Assembly (NCBI GenBank): GCA_038231135.1 | Contig: JBBRLX010000014.1 | Location: 28,604-92,603, forward strand | Reading direction: 5' to 3' | Source: Candidatus Eiseniibacteriota bacterium | GTDB lineage: Bacteria; Eisenbacteria; RBG-16-71-46 | Length of the DNA stretch: 64,000 bases | In this document: piece by piece, positions 48,901 through 59,063 of the stretch | Layout of the letters: the number at the start of each line of letters is the position of its first letter | Numbering within the stretch: position 1 is the first letter of the stretch | Notes under the pieces: model-generated | What the model saw: the letters and a program-made list of their open reading frames with translations, nothing else | Databases searched by the model: none | What the model was told of the DNA's origin: nothing | Program-made: the position numbers and the translations under genes

Positions 48901-51900
48901 CTACCGCATGTACGCGACCCGGCGCACGAACGCCCGGCCCGCGGCTTCGTAGCGCACGAAGTAGATGCCCGCGGGCGTGTGGCCGCCACCGCTCGAGCCG
49001 GCCCAGCGCGCGTGATAGAGCCCCGGCTTGTGCACCCCGTCGGCCAGCGTCGCCACGCGGCGCCCGGCGACATCGAGGACGCTCAGCCGCACCTGCGTCT
49101 CCTTCGCCACCGCGAAATCGATCCCGACCTCGCCGCGCGCCGGATTCGGAGTGATCGGGTCGAGCGCGAACTCGGTGACCGGCATCGTGACCCCGCCGAT
49201 CGAGCCGAGGACCACGGGGACGCCCGCGGCGTCCGCGACCAGGCGATAGAAGTAGGTGTGGCCCGGCCGGGCGCCGCCGTCGAGCCCCACCGTCCGCTCG
49301 CCGACCGGGTGTGCGCCGGCATCGATCGGCTGCCACGGACCGGCCTCGGCCTCCGCGCGCTCCACGGCCAGCCGCGGGAACCGGGCCGGCTCGGCGAGCT
49401 GCCAGTGCAATTCCATGCCCGCCGCCGCGGGCGCGGCGTCGAACGCCAGCAGCAGCGTGGGCGTCGTCGCGTCGAAGATCGCGAACGGCGCATCGCTGGC
49501 GTCGGTCACGACGGCACCGAACACACTGTGCACGGTGGCCCGGAACAGCGCCGAATACGTCTCGGAGGTGCCGTTCGTGGTCTGCGGGCCCGACACCAGC
49601 CACGCGAACGAGCCGGTGTTCGCGATGCCGGTCGCGATCGGCTCCCAGGTCTGGCCGAGATCGCGCGAGATCGACAGGTCCGCGGTCTGGCCGTTCGGGA
49701 TCACGTCGGTGACCCACATCAGATTCGTGAGATTGCCGGGAATCAGCGTCTCGTGGCCGTTCGGGAACATCACGTGCACCGTGGGGGCGGCGTCCGTCGT
49801 CAGCACCAGCGACAGGTCGTCCGAGCCCTGATTCGCGGTCGCGAAGAACCGGCCGAACGGATCCACGGCGATCGCCGCAGGCGACTGTCCCACCGCCAGC
49901 GTCACGAGCAGCGTCAGCGTCACGGCCGGACCGGGGACCGTGCTGGTGCCGCCGGGGTTGGTGGTGCCGGCGCTCACCACGTAGACCAGCACCGTGTTGC
50001 CGTCCGGGAGCGCGACGTAGATGCGGGTGCCGTCGGGATTGATCGTGATCACGCCGCCGCTCGACGGCAGCGGAATGTTGCGGATCACCCGGAAGTCGCC
50101 GCCCGGGGACAGGTCGATCACCAGCAGGTGGCTGTCATTCGAGGTCACGTACAGCAGGCCGCCGTCGGGGGAGATCGTGATCGTCTGGCCGCCCGAGGGA
50201 ATCGGAATGTTGCGGATCACGAAGCTCTGCAGGTCGATGACCGTGAGGCCGTCGCCGGTGGTGACGTAGGCGCGGGTGCCGTCGGGGTTGATCGCGATCA
50301 CGCCGCCGCTCGACGGCAGCGGGATGTTGCGGATCACGAAATCGAACGTGCTGTTCCCGCGTTGCGCATCGACGACGCTGACCGTCGAGTCGCCCTTGTT
50401 GAGCACCAGCACCTGCGGACCGTTGGGCAGCACGATCACTCCGGTGGGCTGGTGCCCCACCTTGATCGTTCCCACCACCCGGTTGTAGGTGTCGGCGGAG
50501 TCGGGATTGGTGCCGATGATGCTCACGTCGTCGCCGTCGTAGTTCACGACGTACGACCGCGAGCCGTCGGGCAGCATGGCGATCGCGCGCGGATTCGATC
50601 CCACGGGCACGACCGCGATCTCGCTCGCCTTCTTGATGTCGACGACGCCGACCGTGTTGGTGCGCGCGCTCGCCACGTACATGCGCCGTCCGTCCGGCGT
50701 GACCACCAGCGCGATCGGGCTGGGGCGCGTGGGCAGCGTGTCGGCGATCACCCCGCCGATGCCGCCGGCCGGCAGCACCTCGAAGTGCAGATGGTTGCTC
50801 GCGGCCGCCCCCACGTGCACCGCCACGTCGCCACTGGTGGTGAATTCCGGCACCCGCACCACGAGTGTGCGTGGTGACGCGCCGAGGATCGGCGCGAACT
50901 GGCCGTTGATCTGAACGACGTCCAGGGCGCCTACGGGACTGAAGCCCTCGCCGTTGAGCGTGACGATGGTGCCGACGGCCCCGGCCGGCGGTGACACGGT
51001 CGCGACCGACAGCGCCGGCGCGGCCTGGACCGTGAAGTGTGCGGTGCCGCCCTGCGCCAGCGGCTGGCCCTGTGCATCGAGCACCCCGAGGCCGACGACC
51101 ACCGTGCCCTCCGCCAGATAGGGCAGTGGCTGATCGGGCGTGAAGAACGCGGTGTGGCCCTCGTCCGACGACCGCCAGGCGCCGGGGACGACGTCGGGGC
51201 CGACCAGCAGATGGCACTGCTCCGTGATGGTCTCGAGATTCATCTGCTGGCTGAAGCGCGCGAACACCTCGCTGCCGGCGGCGATACCCACCGAGCCGTC
51301 CGCGGGACCGAGGCCGGTGAGCTGCGGCGGCGCGGCATTGGGATCGCCGGCCGCGGTCGCGTGCGCGGCCAGCGGGGCGACCGGCAACCCGGGCGCACGC
51401 ACGTGCAGCGTGACCTGGTCCGGCGCAGCCGGCATCGTCCACGATACCTGCGCCTGGCCGTCGGCGTCGGTGAACCGGTCCTGGCGCAGACTGTCACCGA
51501 TCGAGCCCTGGGTCGCGGCGTCGAGCGCGAACTCGACGATGGCGCCCTGCTGCGGGTGCCCGGCGGCATCGCTCAGGTGCACGACCACCGGCACTGGGAG
51601 CGGCTGGCCCGCGAGCACTTCCTGGTTGCCGCCCGAGACCAGGGCGAGCGTGGTGGCCTCGCTCAGCGACACGAAGCGGAGCGTGTCCGCCGTCTGCAGT
51701 CCGTCATCGGACGACACGACCAGGTGGCGGCCGTCCGGCGTGCGCGCGATCGCGCGCGACGTCCCCGGAATCGGCGCTTCGAGCGGCGCCGGTGGGAGTG
51801 CCGCGGTGTCGATGCGGAACAACGACGCGCGATTGCGGCAGCCCGCGATCACGCCGTGGCCGTTGGGGGCGGGCACCAACTCGCTGAGCACCGTGCCCGC

Positions 51901-54900
51901 CGGGAACGGGTTGCCGTAGTAGAGCTCGGCGCCGATCGAGCCGGCATCGAGGTTCCAGATCGCGATGTTGCCGTCGGGGAACAGCCCGACCGCCCGATGC
52001 CCGTTCGCGGTGGCCGCCAGCGACACCATGCGCGACGGCGCGGCATGCTGCGGCGACGTGGCGACCAGCGCCTTCGTCGCGGCATCGATGAAGAACGCGC
52101 GGCCCACGCCGCCGGCCACCACCACGCGGCCATCCGGCGACACCGCCAGCGCGCCGATCGTATCGGGCATCGCGACGCTGTCACCGGGAGCATAGGAACC
52201 CTTGTAATCCACCCAGTAAACGGCACGGGCGCTGTGGTTGAGCGCGTTGCCGGTCGTCGCGACGATCATCTGGTCGCTCAGCGGATCCGCCGCGACCGCG
52301 GTGCCGTCGCCGAAGGACGACAGCGCGATCGTGGCGCCGCCGGACGGGAAGTACACGGTGGCGCCGCCGTTGTGTCCCGCGGCGACCCAGAACGCGCCGC
52401 CGTCCGGCTGCCACGCGCCGTTGAAGGGACGGTCGTTGTGGCCGAAATTGTTCACAGTCACGCTCGACAGCGTGAGCAGCCGCTCGGGAGCATCCTCGCG
52501 GAGTTGGAACCATTCCACCGGCGGCAGGCATCCGGCGTTGAACGGCACGAGGGCGAGCAGGCTGCCGTCGGGCGACACGGCCATCGTCACCACGTTGCCG
52601 ACGGCGCCGCACAGCTGGGTCGGGGCGAGCAGCGCCGAATCGCCAGTGGCGTGCGGGTGGAAACTCTCGACGCGGTCCATGACGCCGATCGGCACCGACA
52701 GTGTGCGGTCGCCGGCCTTCGCGAGCGACAGATCGACGCTTCGCTGGCTCAGCGCCGGCACTGCAAACGCCAGGCCCTGACCGCGGGAATTCGTGGTCGC
52801 GACGGGCGCGCCGTCCAGCTCCGCGTGGTAGCCGGCGATCGGTCCCGAGGCGAATCGGACCGCGACCTGGTCGCCCGTCATCGCGACGCGGGGCGACACC
52901 GAAGCGATCACGTTGTTTCCGGCGCCGGAGTAGAGCCCAACCGTCTTGTCGCCGAAGTTTGCGGTTGCCGTCACGAGCCCGTCGCTACTGGTGGCGATCG
53001 CCACCGGGCTGCGGCCGGTCGCCACGACGCCGTCGAACACGCCGTTCGGCTCCAGCAGATCGATCTGTCCCGCCACCGAATTCACCACCAGGAACGCGCC
53101 CGACTGAGGCGCGATCACGATGTCCCGCATGCGGCCCACGAAGTCGATGTGGCCCGACGGGCAGGTCAGGCCCAGGAGGCAGCCGAAGCGCACGGAGTTG
53201 TCCGCAGAGCCCAAGCCGGGGGCGAACGCCTGCGAGCCGTCGATGGACACGACGAGCCCGTTCGCGCACGGCGTCGGGTTGATCGACTGGAACTGCCCGT
53301 TGGACAGGGCGATTTCGATCAGACCATGCGACGAGGTCGAGGCGAACAACGACTGGAACGGGCCGTCCTGCACGTGCGGCCGCGGTGGCTTCGAATCGAC
53401 ACCCGCCCGGTGCGGCGATGCCGTGACGGTGAGCGTCGAGACGCCGAGACCGCCCGTCAGCGTGACGCCCGGCAATTCGATCGAGCGGGTCACGCTGCGG
53501 TAGGTGGCGGACGTGGGATCGACGTCGAGGACCCAGACGTGCGAGCCGCCGGATTCCGTGACGAACGCCGTCTGACCGTCGGGTGACGCGTAGATGCCGT
53601 CGGGTGCGCCGGGCATGGGGATGCGGACATGGATGTGCCCGAAGCCGGCGGAGCTGGCGTCGGTGACGAACTCGAGCACGTCCCCCGAGTCGGGCCGCGT
53701 CGCGTAGGCCCGCAATCCGTTCGTCGACAGCGTCACGTGCGAGAGTCCCGGGGTGAGTTCCAGATCCTCGCCGCGATAGTGCGGAGACTGTGGATCCAGG
53801 CTCACGGTCGAGAATCCACCGGAACCGACCGCGAACACCGCCCTGCCGTCGGGACCGACCGCGATGTCCGAGGGCGGGAACGACAGCGTAACGCTGCCGT
53901 TCGGGATCGGAACCCCGGGACTCGTGCGGAGCACCGTGTAATTGAAGTCATTGCTGGCTCCGGCGTCGGTGACGATGCGGATCGGCCCCGACGTCGCGAA
54001 GTCCGGCAACTGGGCGACGACCGAGGTCGAGGTGCCGAACGTCAGCGCGGACGACGAGCCCTTGCCGTCCGGGATCTCGACCGTGACGAACCCGGTGAAG
54101 CCCTGCCCGTTGATCGTGATCAACGCGCCCGGCGGAGCCTGCGGGGGCTGGATGTTGAAGATCGCGACCGCCGGAGTCGCCAGCGTCTGGAAGTGCGTCA
54201 GGTACGTCCCCGCGAGCGGCACCCCCTCGCGATCGGTTAGCTCGGTGCTCAGCTCGATCTCGTAGGACGTGCCGAACGACAGCGGCGAGTCCGGCGTGAA
54301 GATGAACGTGCGGTTGTTGTCGAGGATCTGCGCGGAGCCGCCGAGACGCCCGGTACCGCCCGTCAGCCGCAGCGCGAACGCCGCCGCCAGCGTCTGCGGG
54401 TCGACCGGCTCGCTGAAGTTCACGAGCACGCGCCCGTCGATGCCGACATCGCTCGCGTTGGCCGCCGGCAGCGCGCCCACGATCGTGGGAGGCGTGATGT
54501 CGCGCGGCGTCAGCATCTGGATCGACAGGCTGCCGGCGGCGGTCACGGAAATCGGCGAGATCAGCGCCGGATTCTCGGTGCCGTCCTCCTGTGTGTCCCA
54601 CCATTCGGTCTGGAAATTGGTCTGGGCACTCGCCCGCACGCGGTCGTTGATCGCGGCCGGCACCAGGCCGGGCACGCTACCGTCGAGCGGATCCACGCGC
54701 ACGCCGTAGTTCCCCGGCGGCAGCCGCAGCAGCGAGAACCGGCCGGACTCGTCGGTGTAGTCGGACGCCACGGCGTGAACCGGCGCGTTCGAGCCGTCGA
54801 GCGCCCACGCGGTGACCAGCGCGCCCGGCACCACGGTGTGGTCGCTGCCCCGGCTGAGCGTGCCGTGGATACGGCCGAAATCGACGGCCAGCGCCGGGGC

Positions 54901-57900
54901 CGGATAGGCCGCCGCGATTGCGGCGCGATCGTCGTCCTCGAGGCTCGCGGCGCCGGTGCCATCCTGCAGCACCGGGAACATCGTGGCGTCCTGCACGCCG
55001 CTGTGACTCAGCCCCAGCATGTGGCCGATCTCGTGCGTCGCCACGCTCTGTAGATCCACGCTGCCGGGCAGCGGCCCGGTGGTCGCGGTGCGATAGATCA
55101 CGGTCGGGTTGAAGATCAGATCACTGTCGACGATCTGCCCCGGCAGCACGATGTGGTCGTCGAACGCGGCGCGGCTCGTGAACGACGTGGTCGGCGTCAC
55201 GGCGATCACGTCGGGCGGGAACACCAGCGCGTCCTGGAACGTGATCAGGTTCACGCCGTCGAGCACGTTCGCGGTGTTCCTGGGGCTGCGGGCATCCTCG
55301 ACCAGCGGGACGCTCGCTCCAGGCACCGCCAGCCACGACGCGACGGCCGCGCGGATCGCGGCCACGTCGCTGCCGTCGTGGATCGCGGGATCGCCCGACT
55401 GGGCGATCGTGAAGTGGATCGGCCGCGACGCGTTCAGCCACGTCTCCACGTGGCGCATGGTGGCGGTCGAGTCGGGGCAGCCGTCGCCGTTGGCGTCCTG
55501 TCCAGCGGCGCTCACGAAGGTGCACGGATCCACCGGGTCCGCGATGCCGTCGTGGTCGGCGTCGATGAATTGCTGATAGACGCGGATGTCGTCGAGGTAC
55601 GGCAGCACGCTCGGCCCGCGCGGACTGTCGTTGCCCTCGGTGAACATCAGTTCTTCGCGGTCCTCGACCTGGAGCTGGATCTGAACCGAATCCACCGGAA
55701 AGTAGCCCTCGCTGCCGAGGTCGTCCGGAATCACGATCGTCGATCGCGCACGATGGGGCGCGCTGATGTCGCCGCCCGTGCCGTCCGAGGAATAGGCGAA
55801 CGTCGCGTACGCGTGCTCGTACGGGTGGCGGTCGCCGGCATGCTTGAACAGCGCGGCCACCGCGAGCACCCGGCGCTGGCCGAGCGTTGCGAGCTTGCCC
55901 GAGTAGTCCAGGCTCAGCGGCTGGTTCGGGTCGGCGAGCGCGATCCACGGCGAGGTCAGGCGCGCATCGGTCCCGGGGTCCACGTGGCCGCCGGGCGACA
56001 GGAACGTCCACGCGCACGACGGGTCCGCGAAGTCGAAGCCGGTGCGCAGGCTGACGTTCGTCTGCGGCAGCGGCACGTCGCGGATGAACGTCTGGTTGTC
56101 GATCGTGACGCCATAGGCCCCGTTCAACGCGGACAGCGTCCATGCGCCTGTCGTGCCGTCCTCGAACGTGACCGGCGGCGTGAGGTTGCCACCGTCGTCC
56201 ACGATCTGGACGTTGTCGACGATGATGCCGCCCGGATCGGTCCCCGGCTCCCCGCCGTCCTCGTTCGAGAACTGCCGGTTGCTCTGGCACAGGATCTGGA
56301 TCCGCGTCACGGCGCCGAGCGCCGTGTCGCCGAGGCTGAACGTGAAATTCTGGACGCCCTGGCCGGTGATCTTCGCGGGCCCGCCCGATTGCGACAGTCC
56401 GAGGGTCACCCAGCTGCCGTCCGAGGCGAGGGCCCGCGCTGAAAAGAACCCGAGCTGATCGTCGTTGAAACCGATCGCGTCGTACTCATCCGTGTTCATG
56501 TGGAGATAGGCATCGAAGCTCAGGCGGGGATGGGCGCCCGCGGAGATCGTGATGGGCGGCGACGTGAATCGCTGGCTCCAGCCGCTGCCGTACCCCTGGG
56601 AGGTCACCCAGTTGGCGATCTCGTCGGGCGCCGACGTGGAATCCGCGCCGAACCACAGCGCGCGCGCGCCCATCGACATCGAGGTCACCTTGCCCGCCAG
56701 CGGGCTCAGCGCCCCCGCAGGGTCGAGGCGCAGGATCATCGAGCGCGAGTCGATGAATGCGATGCCGCCGCCCGTTGCGGGAGCCATGCCCGTCAGGCGG
56801 AGGACGTGGTTGTAGTTGCCGAGCGCCGCCGCCGCCGGGGGCCCGAACAGCCGGGTGCTGCCGGCAACGGGTACGAGGCTGCCACTCGTCAGCATGAGGA
56901 CGATCCCGTTCACGAAGCCGCTCTGGACGCCGATGTAGAGCGTGCCGTTCGAGACCGCGACCACCTGCGGGTGACCGAACGGAGCGAACGCCGCCGGATC
57001 CGCGCCCGGCTCGGCGTCGATGGTGCCCACGGCCAGATCGATGGTCCGGACCCGGTCGCCCGCGTCCATCGCCAGGTAGAGCTTCTGATCTCCCGTTCCC
57101 AATGCGATGGACGTCACGTCGTCGAGCGTGGCCAGCGTGGCCGGACCGCCGTCGCCGGAGTTGCCCGCGACACCGGTGCCCGCGATGGTCACGACGCGGC
57201 CATCGGTGCGCAGGATGCGGACCTTGTGGAGCGAATTCTCCATCATGAAGATGTTGCCGGCGTGATCGACCTGCAGCGCCGTGGTGCCGCGCAGCGCCGC
57301 CGCGGTGATCGTCGTGTCCTGGAGCGAGCCCGACGGGTTGCTGGCGATCTGCACGGGGACGCCCCCGCCCCGCGGAATCCGGTACAGGAATCCGTTGTCG
57401 TCCGAGTCCACGCCGGCGATCACGTCCCCCGTGCTCGGGTCGTAGGCGATCAGGAACGACGGGCTGGGGCCGACGTCCGGCAGATCCGCGAATTTGCGCA
57501 TCACGTTCAGGGCCGGGTAGACCTCGATCAGCCGGCCACCCTGGGACGGAAATTCGCAGTACAGGTAGCTGCCCGAATCGGGGACCGCGCACACCGATCC
57601 CGGCTGCTGGATCGCCGTGCCCGCGACCGCGGACGGCAGCGGATTCGGGCTGGCGGTGTAGACGGCGTTGAACACGTCCTGATTCACGACGAACCGGTCC
57701 TGAACATGCGTGAACACCCGGCTCGAACGATCCTCGGCCGTCCAGCCGCGCGGATTGCACGCGCCCGCGATCGTGTCGAAGCTGTGGGACGACAACAGGA
57801 ACGTGTCGCTGGCGCTCGTCGTCGCGGCGCCGATCCGGGCGGCACCCGCGAACGGCGGCCGCACCGGCGGGGCGATGACGCGGTCCGCCGGTGCCGTGCG

Positions 57901-58101
57901 ACGCGTTCGCGGCCCAAAGATGGTGGCCGGCGTCGCGACCCGGGCGGCGGATGCGGCGACAGATGCTGGTGGGGCGCCGGCTCGCGCAGCGGATCGCGAT
58001 GCCGCGCCGACCGGCGCCGCGAGGATCGCGAGCGCCGTGAGCGCGAGGAACGGACGCCGGAGATCGGGCGGCAGGATCGAAGTCGCGGGGATGCAGGCCA
58101 T
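48901..58101 (-). CDS. Giant (~3066 aa) secreted multidomain matrixin-type (M10) metalloprotease with NHL/YVTN propellers, Ig/IPT domains and FlgD/T9SS-like CTD
   Basis: Signal peptide from ATG 58101; NHL (TIAGTGVAGNSGDGGPAT); TSP3-like DADHDGIAD; HEIGHMLGLSH plus Met-turn ATMFP; Big_5 (VNFSEPVD); IPT; YVTN; PNP..GRRVATL..GIYFVR CTD. Confidence 0.9.
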   Translation of the reverse strand: MACIPATSILPPDLRRPFLALTALAILAAPVGAASRSAARAGAPPASVAASAARVATPATIFGPRTRRTAPADRVIAPPVRPPFAGAARIGAATTSASDTFLLSSHSFDTIAGACNPRGWTAEDRSSRVFTHVQDRFVVNQDVFNAVYTASPNPLPSAVAGTAIQQPGSVCAVPDSGSYLYCEFPSQGGRLIEVYPALNVMRKFADLPDVGPSPSFLIAYDPSTGDVIAGVDSDDNGFLYRIPRGGGVPVQIASNPSGSLQDTTITAAALRGTTALQVDHAGNIFMMENSLHKVRILRTDGRVVTIAGTGVAGNSGDGGPATLATLDDVTSIALGTGDQKLYLAMDAGDRVRTIDLAVGTIDAEPGADPAAFAPFGHPQVVAVSNGTLYIGVQSGFVNGIVLMLTSGSLVPVAGSTRLFGPPAAAALGNYNHVLRLTGMAPATGGGIAFIDSRSMILRLDPAGALSPLAGKVTSMSMGARALWFGADSTSAPDEIANWVTSQGYGSGWSQRFTSPPITISAGAHPRLSFDAYLHMNTDEYDAIGFNDDQLGFFSARALASDGSWVTLGLSQSGGPAKITGQGVQNFTFSLGDTALGAVTRIQILCQSNRQFSNEDGGEPGTDPGGIIVDNVQIVDDGGNLTPPVTFEDGTTGAWTLSALNGAYGVTIDNQTFIRDVPLPQTNVSLRTGFDFADPSCAWTFLSPGGHVDPGTDARLTSPWIALADPNQPLSLDYSGKLATLGQRRVLAVAALFKHAGDRHPYEHAYATFAYSSDGTGGDISAPHRARSTIVIPDDLGSEGYFPVDSVQIQLQVEDREELMFTEGNDSPRGPSVLPYLDDIRVYQQFIDADHDGIADPVDPCTFVSAAGQDANGDGCPDSTATMRHVETWLNASRPIHFTIAQSGDPAIHDGSDVAAIRAAVASWLAVPGASVPLVEDARSPRNTANVLDGVNLITFQDALVFPPDVIAVTPTTSFTSRAAFDDHIVLPGQIVDSDLIFNPTVIYRTATTGPLPGSVDLQSVATHEIGHMLGLSHSGVQDATMFPVLQDGTGAASLEDDDRAAIAAAYPAPALAVDFGRIHGTLSRGSDHTVVPGALVTAWALDGSNAPVHAVASDYTDESGRFSLLRLPPGNYGVRVDPLDGSVPGLVPAAINDRVRASAQTNFQTEWWDTQEDGTENPALISPISVTAAGSLSIQMLTPRDITPPTIVGALPAANASDVGIDGRVLVNFSEPVDPQTLAAAFALRLTGGTGRLGGSAQILDNNRTFIFTPDSPLSFGTSYEIELSTELTDREGVPLAGTYLTHFQTLATPAVAIFNIQPPQAPPGALITINGQGFTGFVTVEIPDGKGSSSALTFGTSTSVVAQLPDFATSGPIRIVTDAGASNDFNYTVLRTSPGVPIPNGSVTLSFPPSDIAVGPDGRAVFAVGSGGFSTVSLDPQSPHYRGEDLELTPGLSHVTLSTNGLRAYATRPDSGDVLEFVTDASSAGFGHIHVRIPMPGAPDGIYASPDGQTAFVTESGGSHVWVLDVDPTSATYRSVTRSIELPGVTLTGGLGVSTLTVTASPHRAGVDSKPPRPHVQDGPFQSLFASTSSHGLIEIALSNGQFQSINPTPCANGLVVSIDGSQAFAPGLGSADNSVRFGCLLGLTCPSGHIDFVGRMRDIVIAPQSGAFLVVNSVAGQIDLLEPNGVFDGVVATGRSPVAIATSSDGLVTATANFGDKTVGLYSGAGNNVIASVSPRVAMTGDQVAVRFASGPIAGYHAELDGAPVATTNSRGQGLAFAVPALSQRSVDLSLAKAGDRTLSVPIGVMDRVESFHPHATGDSALLAPTQLCGAVGNVVTMAVSPDGSLLALVPFNAGCLPPVEWFQLREDAPERLLTLSSVTVNNFGHNDRPFNGAWQPDGGAFWVAAGHNGGATVYFPSGGATIALSSFGDGTAVAADPLSDQMIVATTGNALNHSARAVYWVDYKGSYAPGDSVAMPDTIGALAVSPDGRVVVAGGVGRAFFIDAATKALVATSPQHAAPSRMVSLAATANGHRAVGLFPDGNIAIWNLDAGSIGAELYYGNPFPAGTVLSELVPAPNGHGVIAGCRNRASLFRIDTAALPPAPLEAPIPGTSRAIARTPDGRHLVVSSDDGLQTADTLRFVSLSEATTLALVSGGNQEVLAGQPLPVPVVVHLSDAAGHPQQGAIVEFALDAATQGSIGDSLRQDRFTDADGQAQVSWTMPAAPDQVTLHVRAPGLPVAPLAAHATAAGDPNAAPPQLTGLGPADGSVGIAAGSEVFARFSQQMNLETITEQCHLLVGPDVVPGAWRSSDEGHTAFFTPDQPLPYLAEGTVVVGLGVLDAQGQPLAQGGTAHFTVQAAPALSVATVSPPAGAVGTIVTLNGEGFSPVGALDVVQINGQFAPILGASPRTLVVRVPEFTTSGDVAVHVGAAASNHLHFEVLPAGGIGGVIADTLPTRPSPIALVVTPDGRRMYVASARTNTVGVVDIKKASEIAVVPVGSNPRAIAMLPDGSRSYVVNYDGDDVSIIGTNPDSADTYNRVVGTIKVGHQPTGVIVLPNGPQVLVLNKGDSTVSVVDAQRGNSTFDFVIRNIPLPSSGGVIAINPDGTRAYVTTGDGLTVIDLQSFVIRNIPIPSGGQTITISPDGGLLYVTSNDSHLLVIDLSPGGDFRVIRNIPLPSSGGVITINPDGTRIYVALPDGNTVLVYVVSAGTTNPGGTSTVPGPAVTLTLLVTLAVGQSPAAIAVDPFGRFFATANQGSDDLSLVLTTDAAPTVHVMFPNGHETLIPGNLTNLMWVTDVIPNGQTADLSISRDLGQTWEPIATGIANTGSFAWLVSGPQTTNGTSETYSALFRATVHSVFGAVVTDASDAPFAIFDATTPTLLLAFDAAPAAAGMELHWQLAEPARFPRLAVERAEAEAGPWQPIDAGAHPVGERTVGLDGGARPGHTYFYRLVADAAGVPVVLGSIGGVTMPVTEFALDPITPNPARGEVGIDFAVAKETQVRLSVLDVAGRRVATLADGVHKPGLYHARWAGSSGGGHTPAGIYFVRYEAAGRAFVRRVAYMR
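50010..50340 (-). repeat. Three near-identical propeller-blade repeats inside the giant gene
   Basis: VIRNIPLPSSGGVIAINPDGT, VIRNIPIPSGGQTITISPDG, VIRNIPLPSSGGVITINPDGT; DNA ATGTTGCGGATCAC occurs three times. Confidence 0.8.
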
Positions 58102-58118
58102 GGTCGTGTCCGGCCGCG

Positions 58119-58694
58119 TCAGCGGCCGGCCCCCTGTGCCATCGCGCGCTGGATCTCGCGCACCATGTCGTCGAGCGGCATCCCGGGAGCGGCGTTCCCG
58201 GCGGGCGCCGAAGCCAGCCGCCGCACGTCCTTGATCGCGAACCCGGGCGCGGTGCGCTGCACGCTCGCCACCCCGGTGCGCGCATCGCGGACGATGTCGA
58301 ACTTGCCCTGCGCGAGCCCGCTCACCTGGGCCTGGCCCCGCGGATCGCGCCACACGAACACCAGCGCCTCTTCGCCACGCTGGAACAGCGGCCCCCCGGG
58401 CACCGAGACCTTGATGCCGTCGAGTTCGCCGCCGAGCTGGGTGAGCGTGAGGTGATCGCCGCCGCCGCCTTTGATCGAACGGCTCACGTGCACGTCGATG
58501 TCGGTGAAGATCCTCCGGTGGTCGTCGCTCCAGCGCGCATTCGTCGCTTCCACGGTCCCGATGACGATGTCGCTGGATTCCCGCGTGAGGCTGACGGTGT
58601 CGAGATGACGCATCGTGGTGGCAAATGCGGACGGGACGGCCGGCGCGAGGACGGCTGCCAGAGCGACTGCCGTATAAAGGCGACGAGGGCGCAA
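58119..58694 (-). CDS. Secreted TIMP/NTR-like OB-fold protein
   Basis: RBS AAGGAG plus TTG 58694; signal peptide ending AFA; L..ESSDIVIGTV...IFT...V.RSIKG...GG...P.F..GEEALVF; ends 17 bp before the matrixin gene. Confidence 0.75.
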   Translation of the reverse strand: MRPRRLYTAVALAAVLAPAVPSAFATTMRHLDTVSLTRESSDIVIGTVEATNARWSDDHRRIFTDIDVHVSRSIKGGGGDHLTLTQLGGELDGIKVSVPGGPLFQRGEEALVFVWRDPRGQAQVSGLAQGKFDIVRDARTGVASVQRTAPGFAIKDVRRLASAPAGNAAPGMPLDDMVREIQRAMAQGAGR

Positions 58695-59063
58695 GGGAGG
58701 CTCCTTGGTCAGGATGCGGCCGGGCGGCAGCGGAACGTTCGGGCAGCGGCCGACCGTACCGGGCTCGGACCTCGGGATCGGACGATTATCAATTTGCGAC
58801 CGGTCCGCCGCAATGCCCAATACGGTGGATCCACCCCGAAGTACAGGTCGGCTGAGAAATAGTTGCTGGTACACGACGGATCCTGCCGGGGTGATCCGGA
58901 TCCGGCCGGCCGGCCGGTGGGATCCCGCTACGGCCCGGGGCGGGCGCCCGGGTGTCACCGGCGGTCCAGGCGGCTGGAGATTGGGCCTTGCCACGCGGCA
59001 GCCGCGTCACGATATTGGGCCGGTCACGCACGTCGAGCGCCGCGTGATCCGCTCGGAGGATCC

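Noticed and set aside
50010..50340. CRISPR-like or DGR-like repeat array
   Set aside because: The repeats are in-frame propeller blades; no cas or reverse transcriptase gene is in the window.
58875..58960. CCGG/GATCC-rich palindromic stretch
   Set aside because: Low-complexity GC sequence; the dyads are expected by chance.
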